The position numbers were made by a program, and so were the translations under genes. The notes below the pieces were generated by a model. It searched no databases, was not told the origin of the DNA, and was given only the letters and a program-made list of their open reading frames with translations. From positions 47,225-111,224 of the forward strand of contig JAUIKS010000008.1 of the NCBI GenBank assembly GCA_030430565.1: DNA of 64,000 bases, read 5' to 3'. Shown piece after piece: positions 1-9,782 of this stretch; position 1 is the first letter of the stretch, and every line of letters starts with the position of its first letter. This DNA is from Polyangia bacterium. Lineage in GTDB: Bacteria; Myxococcota_A; Polyangia; Nannocystales; Nannocystaceae.

Positions 1-3000
1 CGCGCGCGCGGATCAAGCACTCAAAAAAGCGCAGGTCCGCGATGATGGCGCTGCCGAAGGCGACCTTGGTGCGCTGCAGCGCCTCCTCGAGCGAGCGGGC
101 CGCGGCGTCGTCCTCACCGCTCAGGTACCGCGTGATCGCGCGGTACAGGTGGTAATAGAACATCGTGAGCGGGGTCGCCTCGTCGTCGATCCCGCGGACG
201 AAGTCTTCCTCGTCGAAGGGCTCCTGCTCAGCCGAGTCGCCGCGCAGCGCCCCGAACGCGTGGAGCATGTAGGTCAAGGTCGCGATCTGATCGGCCAGCC
301 CGCGTCGCGTGACGAACTGCCGCACCGCCGCGCAGCGCTCGTGCAGCAGCTCGAGCGAGTCGCCCGCGATGACCATGATGAACACCTCGGTGACCGAGCT
401 GTACACGGCGTAGATCAGGTCGCCGTTCTCGACGCCGAGCTGGCTCGCCTCGCGCAGCGCCTCCTTGACCTCCGCGAACGGGCGCGTCCAGACCATCATG
501 AAGGTCGCCCAGAACAGCGAGATCTTGGTGCGCAGCGCGACGTTGGCGAAGCGGTCGTTCATGTCGCGCGCCAGCTGGCCGTACTCGTCGGCGGACTCGT
601 AGCGCCCGAACGCGCCGGAGAGCACGAGGCCGACGCCGATGATCCCGTAGGCGGAGACCTCGGTGAGGCCGCGCTTGACCGACTCGCTGGCGACCCGCAG
701 CAGCAGCAGCGAGGCGAGCTCGGTGTCGATGAAGTACGCCGCCGCGGTCATCGAGACCATGACGCGCTGCGCGGCCCGAGCTGTCTCATCGGTCATCTCC
801 GGAAGCGCGAGCAGCTCGTCGGCGCTGGCGCCCTTGCGCAGCGCCTGGAACCGGACGAACTCCCGCAGCACCGAGAGCGTCGTGACCTTGCGGGGCAGCC
901 GGACGCCGAGCGCCGAGAGCCCGGCGCGCCCGGCCGCGATCGCGGTGTGCAGCTCGCCGCGGTTCGTCTCGAGCGTCGCTCGCAGCGCGAAGAGATCGGC
1001 GCGCTCGATCGGCGCGGCGGTGTGCTCGAGCAGCGGCTCGAAGAACGTCAGCGCCCGCGCCGGCGCGCCCGCGAGGTACTCGATCTCGACCCGCTCGCGG
1101 TGCAGCGCGCGCGTGCTCTGCTCCGCGCGCCGCCACGGGTCCTCGGGCAGCAGCCCCGTCGCGACCTCGAGGTAGGCGCGCGCCGATCGGTACGCGGTCG
1201 AGCGCTTGGCCCGACGCGCCGCGCCCAGGTTGAGCGCGACGACGCGCTCGCGCTCGGCCGTCGTCGTGAGCAGGGCCGCGGCGCGATTGAAGTGCCCGAC
1301 GAGCTCGAACAGCGCCTGATCGCGGCTCGCCTCGGGCTCCGACGCCAGCGCGTCGCGCCCGAGCGTGAGGTGCACGCGCGCGCGCGCTTCCTCCGTGAGC
1401 AGCGAGTACGCCGACTCCTGCACGCGATCGTGCGCGAAGTCGAAGTAGACCGGGGCGCCGTCCTCGGACAGGTACTTGTAGGCGTCGTCGATCGGCCGGA
1501 CCAGGCCCAGGCGAACCGCCGGCCACAGGTCCTCGAGCGCGCGGGCGGGGCTCGAGTCCAGCAGCGCGGCGAGCCGCTGCAGCGCGAAGCGGTTGCCGAT
1601 GCACGCGGCGAAGCGCAGCGCGCCCTGGGTCGCGTCCTCGAGCGTCGCTAGCTGACCCACCACGAGGCCCACCACGTCGTCAGGCAGCTCGGCCCGCTGG
1701 ACCTCCGCGAGCTCCCACCGCCACCCGGCGCCCGGCGAGAAGCTGATCTGCCCCTGCTCGTGCAGCGACGACAGCAAGGTCCGGACGTAGAGCGGGTTGC
1801 CGCCGGTCTTGTCGAGGATGAAGCCCGCGAGCGCCCGCGTCTCAGAGCGCGGCTGGTGGATCGTGTCCGCCAGCAGCTCGGCGATGAGCGGCTCGTCGAG
1901 CGGCGAGAGCGAGAGCTCGCAGAGCGCGGCGCCCTCCGACCGCAGCGCGTCGATCGTCTGGGCCAGCGGGTGCTCGGGCAAGACCTCGTCGTCTCGGTAC
2001 GCGCCGACCCACAGCGCGTGCCCGACCTCCGGATCGCGCATGAGCTGCTCGATCAACGTCAAGCTCGCCAGGTCCGCCCACTGCAGGTCGTCGAGGAACA
2101 CCACGAGCGGGCTGCGCTCGCTCGCGAGCGTCTGGAACAGCGCGCCGATCGTCGTGACGAAGCGGTTCGCCGTCTCGGCGAGCGGCAGCGCGGTCGCCGG
2201 CGGCTGCGGACCGATCACGCGCTCAAACTCGGGGACGAGATCGATGACGACCGCGGCGTTCTGCTTCAGGGCCGCGAGCAGCGCCTCCCTGCGCGCCTGG
2301 AGGCGCCCCTCGGGCTCGAGCAGCACGTAGAGCACGAGCTCGCGCAGCGCCTGCGAGAGCGCGGAGTACGGCCGATCGCGTTCATACTGTTCGAACTTGC
2401 CGCGCACGAGGTAGCCGCGCCGCCGGCTCATCGGCCGATTCAGCTCGTGGATGAGCGCTGACTTCCCGATCCCCGAGGGCCCCGCGAGCAGCAGCAGCTC
2501 GTGGCCGCCGGCGCACACGCGATCGAGCGCCGCGAACACGGCCGCGACGCTGTCCTCGCGGCCGTAGAGCTTCGCCGGCAGCGTGAACGCGCTGTGCGAC
2601 TCGTGGGCCGCGAGCTCGAAGCTGGTGCTCGCGCCGCGCTCCGCCCACTCCCGCTTGATCCGCTCGAGGTCGAAGCGCAGCGCCGCCGCGCTCTGGTAGC
2701 GGTCCTCAGCGTTCTTCGCCAGCAGCAGCATCACGAGCTCCGAGAGCACCCCGGGGAGCTCCGGCCGAATCGTCGCGGGCGAGACGGGCAGGCGGGCGAC
2801 GTGCGCGTGCACGAGCTCGATCGGCTCGGCGGAGACGAATGGGAGCTGCCCGGTGGCGAGCTCGTAGAGCGTGACGCCCAGCGAGTAGAGGTCGGAGCGA
2901 TGATCCACCGGGCGGTTCATCCGCCCCGTCTGCTCCGGCGCGATGTAGGCGAGCGTGCCCTCGAAGGACTCCGCCGCGAGCGCGCTCGCGCGCTCGGCCG

Positions 3001-3463
3001 CCAGCGTCGAGGCGATGCTGAAGTCGGAGAGCACGACGCGCCGCAGGTCCGGGGTCACGATGACGTTCGCCGGCTTGATGTCCTTGTGCAGCACGTGCTC
3101 GCCGTGCACGACCTCCAGCGCGCGCGCGAGCGCGACGGCGACGTCCAGCGCGACCGCGGGCTCGAGGCCCCCGCTCGGGATCAGCTCGCGCAGCGCGACG
3201 CCGCCGAAGTCCTCGAGGATCAGCGCCGAGCGAGGGCCGCGCTCCACGAACTCGAGCGCGCGCAGGACCCGATCATCGGCGAAACGCGAGAGGATGCGGT
3301 GCTCGTGACGAAGCCGCGCCACGCCGCGCGGAGAGCCGCACTCGCCGCGCAGCGTCTTGACGATCACGCGGGCGCCGTCGGCGAGGCGACGCCCGCGGAG
3401 CAGCACCGTGCGCCGCCCCTCGTGAACCCGAGTCGAGAGCTCGTATCCCGGCAGCGACTGCAT
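1..3463 (-). CDS. Ser/Thr protein kinase fused to a large AAA/STAND-like ATPase and helical repeat region. 3' end of gene runs beyond window start.
   Basis: Reverse-complement translation from ATG (complement of 3461-3463) gives MQSLPGYELSTRVHEGRRTVLL, then HKDIKPANVI and TLAYIAPEQ kinase motifs. A Walker-A-like LLLAGPSGIGKSALIHEL follows, then a long helical region. No stop codon before position 1. Not in the ORF track because it is open-ended. Confidence 0.8.
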   Translation of the reverse strand, partial: MQSLPGYELSTRVHEGRRTVLLRGRRLADGARVIVKTLRGECGSPRGVARLRHEHRILSRFADDRVLRALEFVERGPRSALILEDFGGVALRELIPSGGLEPAVALDVAVALARALEVVHGEHVLHKDIKPANVIVTPDLRRVVLSDFSIASTLAAERASALAAESFEGTLAYIAPEQTGRMNRPVDHRSDLYSLGVTLYELATGQLPFVSAEPIELVHAHVARLPVSPATIRPELPGVLSELVMLLLAKNAEDRYQSAAALRFDLERIKREWAERGASTSFELAAHESHSAFTLPAKLYGREDSVAAVFAALDRVCAGGHELLLLAGPSGIGKSALIHELNRPMSRRRGYLVRGKFEQYERDRPYSALSQALRELVLYVLLEPEGRLQARREALLAALKQNAAVVIDLVPEFERVIGPQPPATALPLAETANRFVTTIGALFQTLASERSPLVVFLDDLQWADLASLTLIEQLMRDPEVGHALWVGAYRDDEVLPEHPLAQTIDALRSEGAALCELSLSPLDEPLIAELLADTIHQPRSETRALAGFILDKTGGNPLYVRTLLSSLHEQGQISFSPGAGWRWELAEVQRAELPDDVVGLVVGQLATLEDATQGALRFAACIGNRFALQRLAALLDSSPARALEDLWPAVRLGLVRPIDDAYKYLSEDGAPVYFDFAHDRVQESAYSLLTEEARARVHLTLGRDALASEPEASRDQALFELVGHFNRAAALLTTTAERERVVALNLGAARRAKRSTAYRSARAYLEVATGLLPEDPWRRAEQSTRALHRERVEIEYLAGAPARALTFFEPLLEHTAAPIERADLFALRATLETNRGELHTAIAAGRAGLSALGVRLPRKVTTLSVLREFVRFQALRKGASADELLALPEMTDETARAAQRVMVSMTAAAYFIDTELASLLLLRVASESVKRGLTEVSAYGIIGVGLVLSGAFGRYESADEYGQLARDMNDRFANVALRTKISLFWATFMMVWTRPFAEVKEALREASQLGVENGDLIYAVYSSVTEVFIMVIAGDSLELLHERCAAVRQFVTRRGLADQIATLTYMLHAFGALRGDSAEQEPFDEEDFVRGIDDEATPLTMFYYHLYRAITRYLSGEDDAAARSLEEALQRTKVAFGSAIIADLRFFECLIRAR

Positions 3464-3725
3464 CGGCCTCGATCATCCTGTCGCGCGCGCCAGCGCTGCG
3501 GATCCGCGGGCATATCCTCGCTTCATCGCGTACCCACGTTTGCACCGCGGGATCATTCAGACAAGCGTTGATAACAGTTGCCCGCGCGGGCGATTGTGCA
3601 CGAGCGCCCCCGCGAACGCGGACGGCGCGATGGCGCGCGGCGCGTCATCACGCCCCGCGAACTCGATGATCAACGCGTTGTCGAAGCCCGCTCGCGCGGC
3701 GTAGAGCGCGTGCTACAGCAAGCGC

Positions 3726-4517
3726 GTGCTCCTGTACTGGCTCCGAAACAGGCGGCGGCGGAAGCTGCTCGAGCGGCCCTTCCCCGCGCGCTGGACCGAC
3801 TACTTGACGGCCAACATGGGCCACTACGCGGCGCTCGACGAGCGCGAGCGCGCCGCGCTGCATCAGCTGGTCCAGGTCTTCGTCGCCGAGAAGCACTGGG
3901 AGGGCTGCGGCGGCCTCGAGCTGACCGACGAGATGCGCGTGACGATCGCCGGCCAGGCCTGCCTGCTGATCCTCGGTCACGACCACGACCTCTATCGGCG
4001 GGTCGAGACGATCCTCGTCTACCCGTCGACGGTCGTGCCCACGCGGCCCACGCTCGCCCTCGGCGCCCACGACTACAGCCCGATGCCGGTGCTGGGCGAG
4101 GCGCACCTGCAGGGCCCCGTGATCCTGGCCTGGGACGCGGCGCTGCGCGGCGGGCTCAACCCCCGCGACGGCCGCAACCTCGTCTACCACGAGTTCGCGC
4201 ACAAGCTCGACATGCTCGATGGGTCAGCTGACGGCGCGCCCGCGCTGGCGAGCCACGAGCAGTACCGGCGCTGGGCCGAGGTCTGCGCGCGCGAGTACGA
4301 CGCGCTGCAGCGAGCGGTCGCCCGCGGGCGACGGACCTTCCTGCGCGACTACGGCGCGACCAACGAGGCCGAGTTCTTCGCCGTCGCGACCGAGCACTTC
4401 TTCGAGCAGCCGCGGGCGATGCGACGCAAGCACGCCGCGCTCTACGATCTCCTCCGTGACTTCTACCGCCAGGACCCGGCGACGCGAGACCTCCGCCGAC
4501 GCGCGACGAGACGATGA
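3726..4517 (+). CDS. mtfA: MtfA-like zinc metallopeptidase (peptidase M90 family)
   Basis: HEFAHKLD (HExxH) motif; EAEFFAVATEHFFEQP and DFYRQDP blocks resemble E. coli MtfA (IIHEVAHKLD, ECFAVLSEYFF, FYQQDP). GTG start at 3726. Confidence 0.75.
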   Translation: MLLYWLRNRRRRKLLERPFPARWTDYLTANMGHYAALDERERAALHQLVQVFVAEKHWEGCGGLELTDEMRVTIAGQACLLILGHDHDLYRRVETILVYPSTVVPTRPTLALGAHDYSPMPVLGEAHLQGPVILAWDAALRGGLNPRDGRNLVYHEFAHKLDMLDGSADGAPALASHEQYRRWAEVCAREYDALQRAVARGRRTFLRDYGATNEAEFFAVATEHFFEQPRAMRRKHAALYDLLRDFYRQDPATRDLRRRATRR

Positions 4518-4741
4518 GCACGCGACGACGCGCCGGCGCACGGAGCACGCGGTCGCGCGACAACGCGCCGACACCGTCCGAGTTGAGATCGACCCGTTCG
4601 CGACCGAGGCTCATTTTTGTTCACCGCGAGCCGCGGCCCGGCGCTCGATCCCAGATAAACAATGTACGTCGACTGTTTGGGCACGCGCGATCTCAATCTA
4701 TTTTACTTGCTAGCAGCAAGCAAGTTCGATAAGCCGAGATT

Positions 4742-6349
4742 ATGAACGCTCGGTACGTCGCCCCATCGTTGCTCGTCTGCTCGCTCGTCCTGGGTTGTTC
4801 GGCTGGAGATAACGATCGCGAGACCGACGCGTCGGGCTCGAGCAGCGGCCTCAGCGATGATTCGACTGGCTCTGAGGACATGTCGTCAACCGACGCCTCC
4901 GGCGGCGAGACGATGGGCGCGAGCACGAGCTCGGGCTCCAGCACCACGGGCGACACGAACGACCCCACGACCGGCGCGCCGCTCGAGTGCTGGGAGCAGC
5001 CCGGCCCCTGGCACCTCGGGTGGGCGATCCCCGAGCCGGCGCCGATCGACGGGGACCCGGTCGAGGGCGAGTGGGCGCTGCTGCACGAGGACTACGTCAG
5101 CTGCGGGGTCCCGCTGAGCATCTTCAACCTCGGCAAGGCCTTCCTCGGGACCTACGCCGACGGCGAGTCGCTCCCCTGGCGCGACGGCGAGAACGCCAAC
5201 CTCCCCTACAACTGGACCGCGGTGACCTCGGAGGGCGGCACCGAGCTCGCGGCCATGAACTGCCTGACCTGTCACGCGGGCAAGTTCAACGGCGAGCTGA
5301 TCATCGGCCTGGGCCGCCACGACGCCGACTACACCGAGAGCTTCACCTCGCTGCTCTCGCTGTTCCCCGAGCTGCCCGAGTTCACCGACGCGGGCAAGGA
5401 GATCAACAAGTTCATCAGCCGCTACGACGCGCTGGGGCCCTACATCCAGACCGAGACGATCGGGACCAACCCGGCCGACAACGTCGCGGTGATCCTGGCC
5501 TCGCACCGCGACCCGCAGACCCTCGCCTGGTCGGACGAGCAGCTGATCCCCGTCGACCCGCCGGTCGTCCCGGTCGACACGCCGCCGTGGTGGCGCGTCA
5601 AGAAGAAGGGCGGTCACTTCTACAACGGCATGTCACGCGGCGATCACCGCGGCACGATGATGTTCGCCTCGTCGCTGTGCGTGGACACGACGGAGAAAGC
5701 CGAGGAGATGCTCGGCTACTTCAACCACATCCGCGCGTTCCTCGAGAGCATCGAGGCGCCCGCCTACCCGTGGGCGATCAACGAGGAGCTGGCGGCCGAG
5801 GGCGAAGAGATCTTCGAGTGCGCCTGCGCGGGCTGTCACGGGACCTACGACGACGACCCGGAGCTCGAGACCTTCCCGAACCTCCTGATCCCGCTCGAGG
5901 TGATCGGCACCGACTCGCTGCTCGGCGACGCGGCCGCGGACGACCTCGGCACCCTCGTCGAGTGGTTCAACAGCTCGTGGTACGGCGACGTCACCCAGCT
6001 GACGGTCGACGAGCCGTTCATCGGCTACACCGCCCCGCCGCTCGACGGCGTCTGGGCGACCGCGCCGTATCTGCACAACGCGTCGGTTCCGACCCTCGAG
6101 CTGGTCCTCGACTCGACCAAGCGCCCCGACTTCTGGCGGCGCGTCGACTACGACAGCACCAACTACGACCGCGACGCGCTCGGCTGGCCATGGGAGGCGA
6201 CGGGCGGGCAGGACACCGTGCCGCCGAGCGAGCGCCGGCATATCTACGACACGACGAATCTCGGGTATGACAACGGCGGGCACACCTTCGGCGACCACCT
6301 CACCGCCAGCGAGCGCGAGGCGTTGCTCGAGTACCTCAAGACGATCTGA
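4742..6349 (+). CDS. Lipoprotein di-haem c-type cytochrome, cytochrome-c-peroxidase/MauG/RoxA-superfamily-like (paralog 1 of 3)
   Basis: Signal peptide with lipobox LVLGC, then an S/T/G/D-rich linker. Two CxxCH motifs (NCLTCHAG, CAGCHG). C-terminal block PPLDGVWATAPYLHNASVPTLE resembles the CCP/MauG PYFHNGS region. Ends EYLKTI. Confidence 0.7.
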   Translation: MNARYVAPSLLVCSLVLGCSAGDNDRETDASGSSSGLSDDSTGSEDMSSTDASGGETMGASTSSGSSTTGDTNDPTTGAPLECWEQPGPWHLGWAIPEPAPIDGDPVEGEWALLHEDYVSCGVPLSIFNLGKAFLGTYADGESLPWRDGENANLPYNWTAVTSEGGTELAAMNCLTCHAGKFNGELIIGLGRHDADYTESFTSLLSLFPELPEFTDAGKEINKFISRYDALGPYIQTETIGTNPADNVAVILASHRDPQTLAWSDEQLIPVDPPVVPVDTPPWWRVKKKGGHFYNGMSRGDHRGTMMFASSLCVDTTEKAEEMLGYFNHIRAFLESIEAPAYPWAINEELAAEGEEIFECACAGCHGTYDDDPELETFPNLLIPLEVIGTDSLLGDAAADDLGTLVEWFNSSWYGDVTQLTVDEPFIGYTAPPLDGVWATAPYLHNASVPTLELVLDSTKRPDFWRRVDYDSTNYDRDALGWPWEATGGQDTVPPSERRHIYDTTNLGYDNGGHTFGDHLTASEREALLEYLKTI

Positions 6350-6367
6350 TCAGCAGGAGCGCGAACC

Positions 6368-7798
6368 GTGACCAATCATCAGAAGTTCTACATTGACGGA
6401 CAGTGGGTCGACCCCCAGCGCGAGGGGACGCTCGACGTGATCAACCCGGCGACCGAGGAGTCGATCGCGACCATCGCCGCGGGGTCGCCCGACGACGTCG
6501 ACCGCGCGGTGTCGGCGGCCCGCCGCGCGTTCGAGAGCTACTCGCGGACGAGCGCGCGGGAGCGCGGCGAGCTGCTCGCGCGGGTGATCGGCGCCTACGA
6601 GGCGCGCCTCCCTGAGCTCGCGGCCGCGATCTCCAGCGAGATGGGGGCGCCGATGGGCCTGGCGACGAGCCTGCAGGCGCCCTGCGGCCTCGCCCACCTC
6701 GCGAACGCGCGGGCGGCCCTCGAGACCTTCAGCTTTGAGGAGCGCGTCGGCGGTCACCTGATCGCGCGCGAGCCGGTCGGGGTGTGCGGCCTGATCACGC
6801 CGTGGAACTGGCCGATGAACCAGCTCGCGGCGAAGCTCGGCCCGGCGCTGGCGACCGGCTGCACGGTCGTGGTCAAGCCGTCGGAGGTCTCGCCGCTCAG
6901 CGCGTTGATCCTCGCCGAGGTCATGCACGACGCCGGCGTGCCGGCGGGCGTGTTCAACATGATCAACGGCGACGGGCCGACGGTCGGCACCGCGATCGCG
7001 GCGCACCCCGGCGTCGACATGGTCTCGATCACCGGCTCGACGCGCGCCGGCGTGTCGGTCGCCGAGCACGCGGCGAAGACGGTCAAGCGCGTGGCCCAGG
7101 AGCTCGGCGGCAAGTCGCCGAACATCATCCTCGACGACGCCGATCTCGCGGCGGCTGTCGCCCGCGACACCTTCCTCCTGTGCATGAACTCGGGGCAGTC
7201 CTGCAACGCGCCGAGCCGCATGCTGGTCCCGCGCGCGCGCGTGGACGAGGCCGCGGCGATCGCCCGCGCGACCGCGGAGCAGATCAAGGTCGGCGCCCCG
7301 GGCGACGCGGCCACGCAGATCGGCCCCGTCGCCTCGCGCGCGCAGTTCGAGAAGATCCAGGGCCTGATCAAGCAGGGGATCGAGGCGGGCGCGAAGCTCG
7401 AGTGCGGCGGCCTCGGCCGCCCCGAGGGCCTCGCGCGCGGCTTCTACGTCAAGCCCACCGTGTTCTCCCACGTGTCGAACGACATGGTCATCGCGCAGAC
7501 CGAGATCTTCGGCCCGGTGCTGTGCATCATCGGCTACGACGACGAGGACGACGCGGTGCGCATCGCGAACGAGACGGAGTACGGCCTGTGCGCCTACGTC
7601 AGCGCCGGCACGCTCGAGCGCGCGGCCGCGATCGCGCGACGCGTCCGCGCCGGCACCGTGCACCTCAACGGCGCGAGCGTCGATCTCGGCGCGCCCTTCG
7701 GCGGCTACAAGCGCTCGGGGAACGGGCGCGAGTTTGGGCGGTGGGGCTTCGAGGATTACCTCGAGACCAAGTCGATGCTCGGCTACAGCGCGTCGTGA
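6368..7798 (+). CDS. NAD(P)+-dependent aldehyde dehydrogenase
   Basis: Full-length ALDH-family pattern: GLITPWNWP, ELGGKSP, catalytic Cys region MNSGQSCNAPSR, EIFGPVL. GTG start. Confidence 0.9.
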   Translation: MTNHQKFYIDGQWVDPQREGTLDVINPATEESIATIAAGSPDDVDRAVSAARRAFESYSRTSARERGELLARVIGAYEARLPELAAAISSEMGAPMGLATSLQAPCGLAHLANARAALETFSFEERVGGHLIAREPVGVCGLITPWNWPMNQLAAKLGPALATGCTVVVKPSEVSPLSALILAEVMHDAGVPAGVFNMINGDGPTVGTAIAAHPGVDMVSITGSTRAGVSVAEHAAKTVKRVAQELGGKSPNIILDDADLAAAVARDTFLLCMNSGQSCNAPSRMLVPRARVDEAAAIARATAEQIKVGAPGDAATQIGPVASRAQFEKIQGLIKQGIEAGAKLECGGLGRPEGLARGFYVKPTVFSHVSNDMVIAQTEIFGPVLCIIGYDDEDDAVRIANETEYGLCAYVSAGTLERAAAIARRVRAGTVHLNGASVDLGAPFGGYKRSGNGREFGRWGFEDYLETKSMLGYSAS

Positions 7799-7858
7799 CG
7801 CGAGCGCGCCTCGAGTGCGCGCGTGAGCGGGTTGTAGGCGCTGCAGCTTCGCTGTAGA

Positions 7859-8527
7859 TTGTGCAGTCTGGCGACCCAGAACGAACGCAAGCGCAAGCGC
7901 TCCTCGAGCTCCGCGACACGCCGGCGAACGCAGGAGGAGCGCACGGCGCTCTCAGAGCAGCGCATGATCGACGCGGCCGTGAGCCTGCTGGTCGAGCGCG
8001 GCATCGCCGGGATGACGCTGGCGAGCATCGGCGAGCGCTCGGGCTACTCGCGCGGGCTCGTGACGCACCGCTTCGGCTCAAAAGCCGGTCTCTTGGGACA
8101 TGTCCACGACAGCGTCGCGGCCGAGTGGCTGCGGCGCGTGCAGGCCGTAGTCGGCGACGCGACCGGCGTCGTCGCGCTGCAGCGCGTCACGGACGCGCTG
8201 CTCCAGTTCATGGAGGAAGAGCCCGACGACCTGCGCGCGATGTACCTGCTGCGCTACGCGAGCATCGATCCCAGCGCCGAGTACCGCGCGAACGTGTCAC
8301 GGGTGAACCGCGCGCACATCCGCGCGCTCGCGGCCTGGGTCGAGGAGGGTCAGGCCAAGGGCGAGATCGCGGATGACGTCGACGCCGACCTCGCCGCCGA
8401 GCTGTTCGCCAGCGTGATCGACGGCCTGCTCTACCGCTGGCTGGTGACGCCGAGCATCCCGGTTCGGCAGCTGCAGGCGATCCTGCGCGAGAACGTCGGG
8501 CAGGCGCTGAAGAGCGCGCAGGGCTAA
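7859..8527 (+). CDS. TetR/AcrR-family transcriptional regulator
   Basis: N-terminal TetR HTH (RMIDAAVSLLVERGIAGMTLASIGERSGYSRGLVTHRFGSKAGLL). Likely TTG start at 7859; start not certain. Confidence 0.75.
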   Translation: MCSLATQNERKRKRSSSSATRRRTQEERTALSEQRMIDAAVSLLVERGIAGMTLASIGERSGYSRGLVTHRFGSKAGLLGHVHDSVAAEWLRRVQAVVGDATGVVALQRVTDALLQFMEEEPDDLRAMYLLRYASIDPSAEYRANVSRVNRAHIRALAAWVEEGQAKGEIADDVDADLAAELFASVIDGLLYRWLVTPSIPVRQLQAILRENVGQALKSAQG

Positions 8528-8580
8528 TCAACCCGTGACGAGTTTTCGCGCTTGACCACGGCGCTCGCATATGTAATTTG

Positions 8581-8595
8581 CTTGTTGCCAACAAG
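8581..8595. promoter_or_regulatory. Perfect 15-bp palindrome CTTGTTG-C-CAACAAG just upstream of the ACAD gene, preceded by AT-rich TATGTAAT. Putative TetR operator.
   Basis: Read directly in the sequence. The same motif recurs at 24401-24415 and, with one mismatch, at 24530-24544. Confidence 0.5.
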
Positions 8596-8615
8596 TTTAA
8601 AGCAGCGGGCCCCCC

Positions 8616-9782
8616 ATGACGCCGAGAACGATCTTCGATCCTGACCACGAGCTGTTCCGAAGCTCCGTGCGTCGCTTCTTCCAGTCCGAGGTCACGCCGC
8701 ACGTCGACCGCTGGCGCGAGGCGGGCGTCGTCGACCGCGAGGTGTTCGAAAAGGCAGGTGAGCAGGGCTACCTGCTGATGTGGGCGGACGAGCGCTTCGG
8801 CGGCCTGGGGATCACCGACATGCGCTACGAGCAGATCCTGCAAGAGGAGAACTTCCGCAGCGGGGACCCCGGCCTGTGCCTGACGCTGCACTCCCGCGTG
8901 GTCGCGCCCTACATCGGCGACCACGGGACCGAGGAGCAGAAGCAGCGCTGGCTCCCGCCGGCGATCCGCGGCGAGGCGATCCTCGCGGTCGCGATGTCAG
9001 AGCCCTCCGCCGGCTCCGACCTCGGCGCGATGAAGACCCGCGCCGAGCGACGCGGCGACCACTGGGTGCTGCGCGGCTCGAAGACCTACATCTCCAACGG
9101 GCTGCTGGCGGACCTCGTGATCGTCGCGGCGCGCACCCAGAGCGACTCGCGGCACTCGATGGGGCTGTTCGTCGTCGAGGCCGACAGGCCGGGCTTCAAG
9201 CGCGGCCGCAAGCTGCACAAGCTCGGCCTCAACGCCCAGGACACCGCCGAGATGTTCTTCGACGAGCTCGTGTTGCCGGCGGAGAACGTGCTCGGCGATC
9301 CCAGCCAGGGCTTTCGCTACTTGATGCAGGCGCTCGCGGTCGAGCGCCTGCAGATCGCGATCGGGGCGATCGCCCACGCCCAGGTCGCCTTCGACCTCAC
9401 GCTCGACTTCGTCAAGGAGCGCACCGCCTTCGGGCGCCCCGTGGGCACCTTCCAGAGCCCGCGCTTTCGCCTCGCCCGCATGCGCGCCGAGCTCGACGCG
9501 CTGCAGAGCCACATCGACCACTGCGTCATGCTGGCCAACGACGGCGCGCTCTCGGCCGAGGTCGCGAGCGGCGCGAAGATGCTGGCGACCGAGCTGGAGG
9601 GGCGCGTGATCGACGACTGCCTGCAGCTGCACGGCGGCGCCGGCTACATGGAGGAGTACCGGATCAGCCGGATGTACCGCGACGCTCGCGTGACGCGGAT
9701 CTTCGGCGGGACCAACGAGATCATGGCCGAGATCATCGGCCGGAAGCTGGGGCTGGATGGACGGCAATACGCTCGCGGTTGA
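8616..9782 (+). CDS. Acyl-CoA dehydrogenase
   Basis: ACAD family: AMSEPSAGSDLGAMKT, YISNG, C-terminal GGAGYMEEYRISRMYRDARVTRIFGGTNEI. Confidence 0.9.
   Translation: MTPRTIFDPDHELFRSSVRRFFQSEVTPHVDRWREAGVVDREVFEKAGEQGYLLMWADERFGGLGITDMRYEQILQEENFRSGDPGLCLTLHSRVVAPYIGDHGTEEQKQRWLPPAIRGEAILAVAMSEPSAGSDLGAMKTRAERRGDHWVLRGSKTYISNGLLADLVIVAARTQSDSRHSMGLFVVEADRPGFKRGRKLHKLGLNAQDTAEMFFDELVLPAENVLGDPSQGFRYLMQALAVERLQIAIGAIAHAQVAFDLTLDFVKERTAFGRPVGTFQSPRFRLARMRAELDALQSHIDHCVMLANDGALSAEVASGAKMLATELEGRVIDDCLQLHGGAGYMEEYRISRMYRDARVTRIFGGTNEIMAEIIGRKLGLDGRQYARG

Noticed and set aside
149-1651. 500-aa plus-strand ORF, and the overlapping 786..1604 minus-strand ORF
   Set aside because: Antisense or off-frame to the kinase-AAA gene. 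Arg/Ala/Gly/Pro-dominated junk composition typical of GC-rich shadow frames.
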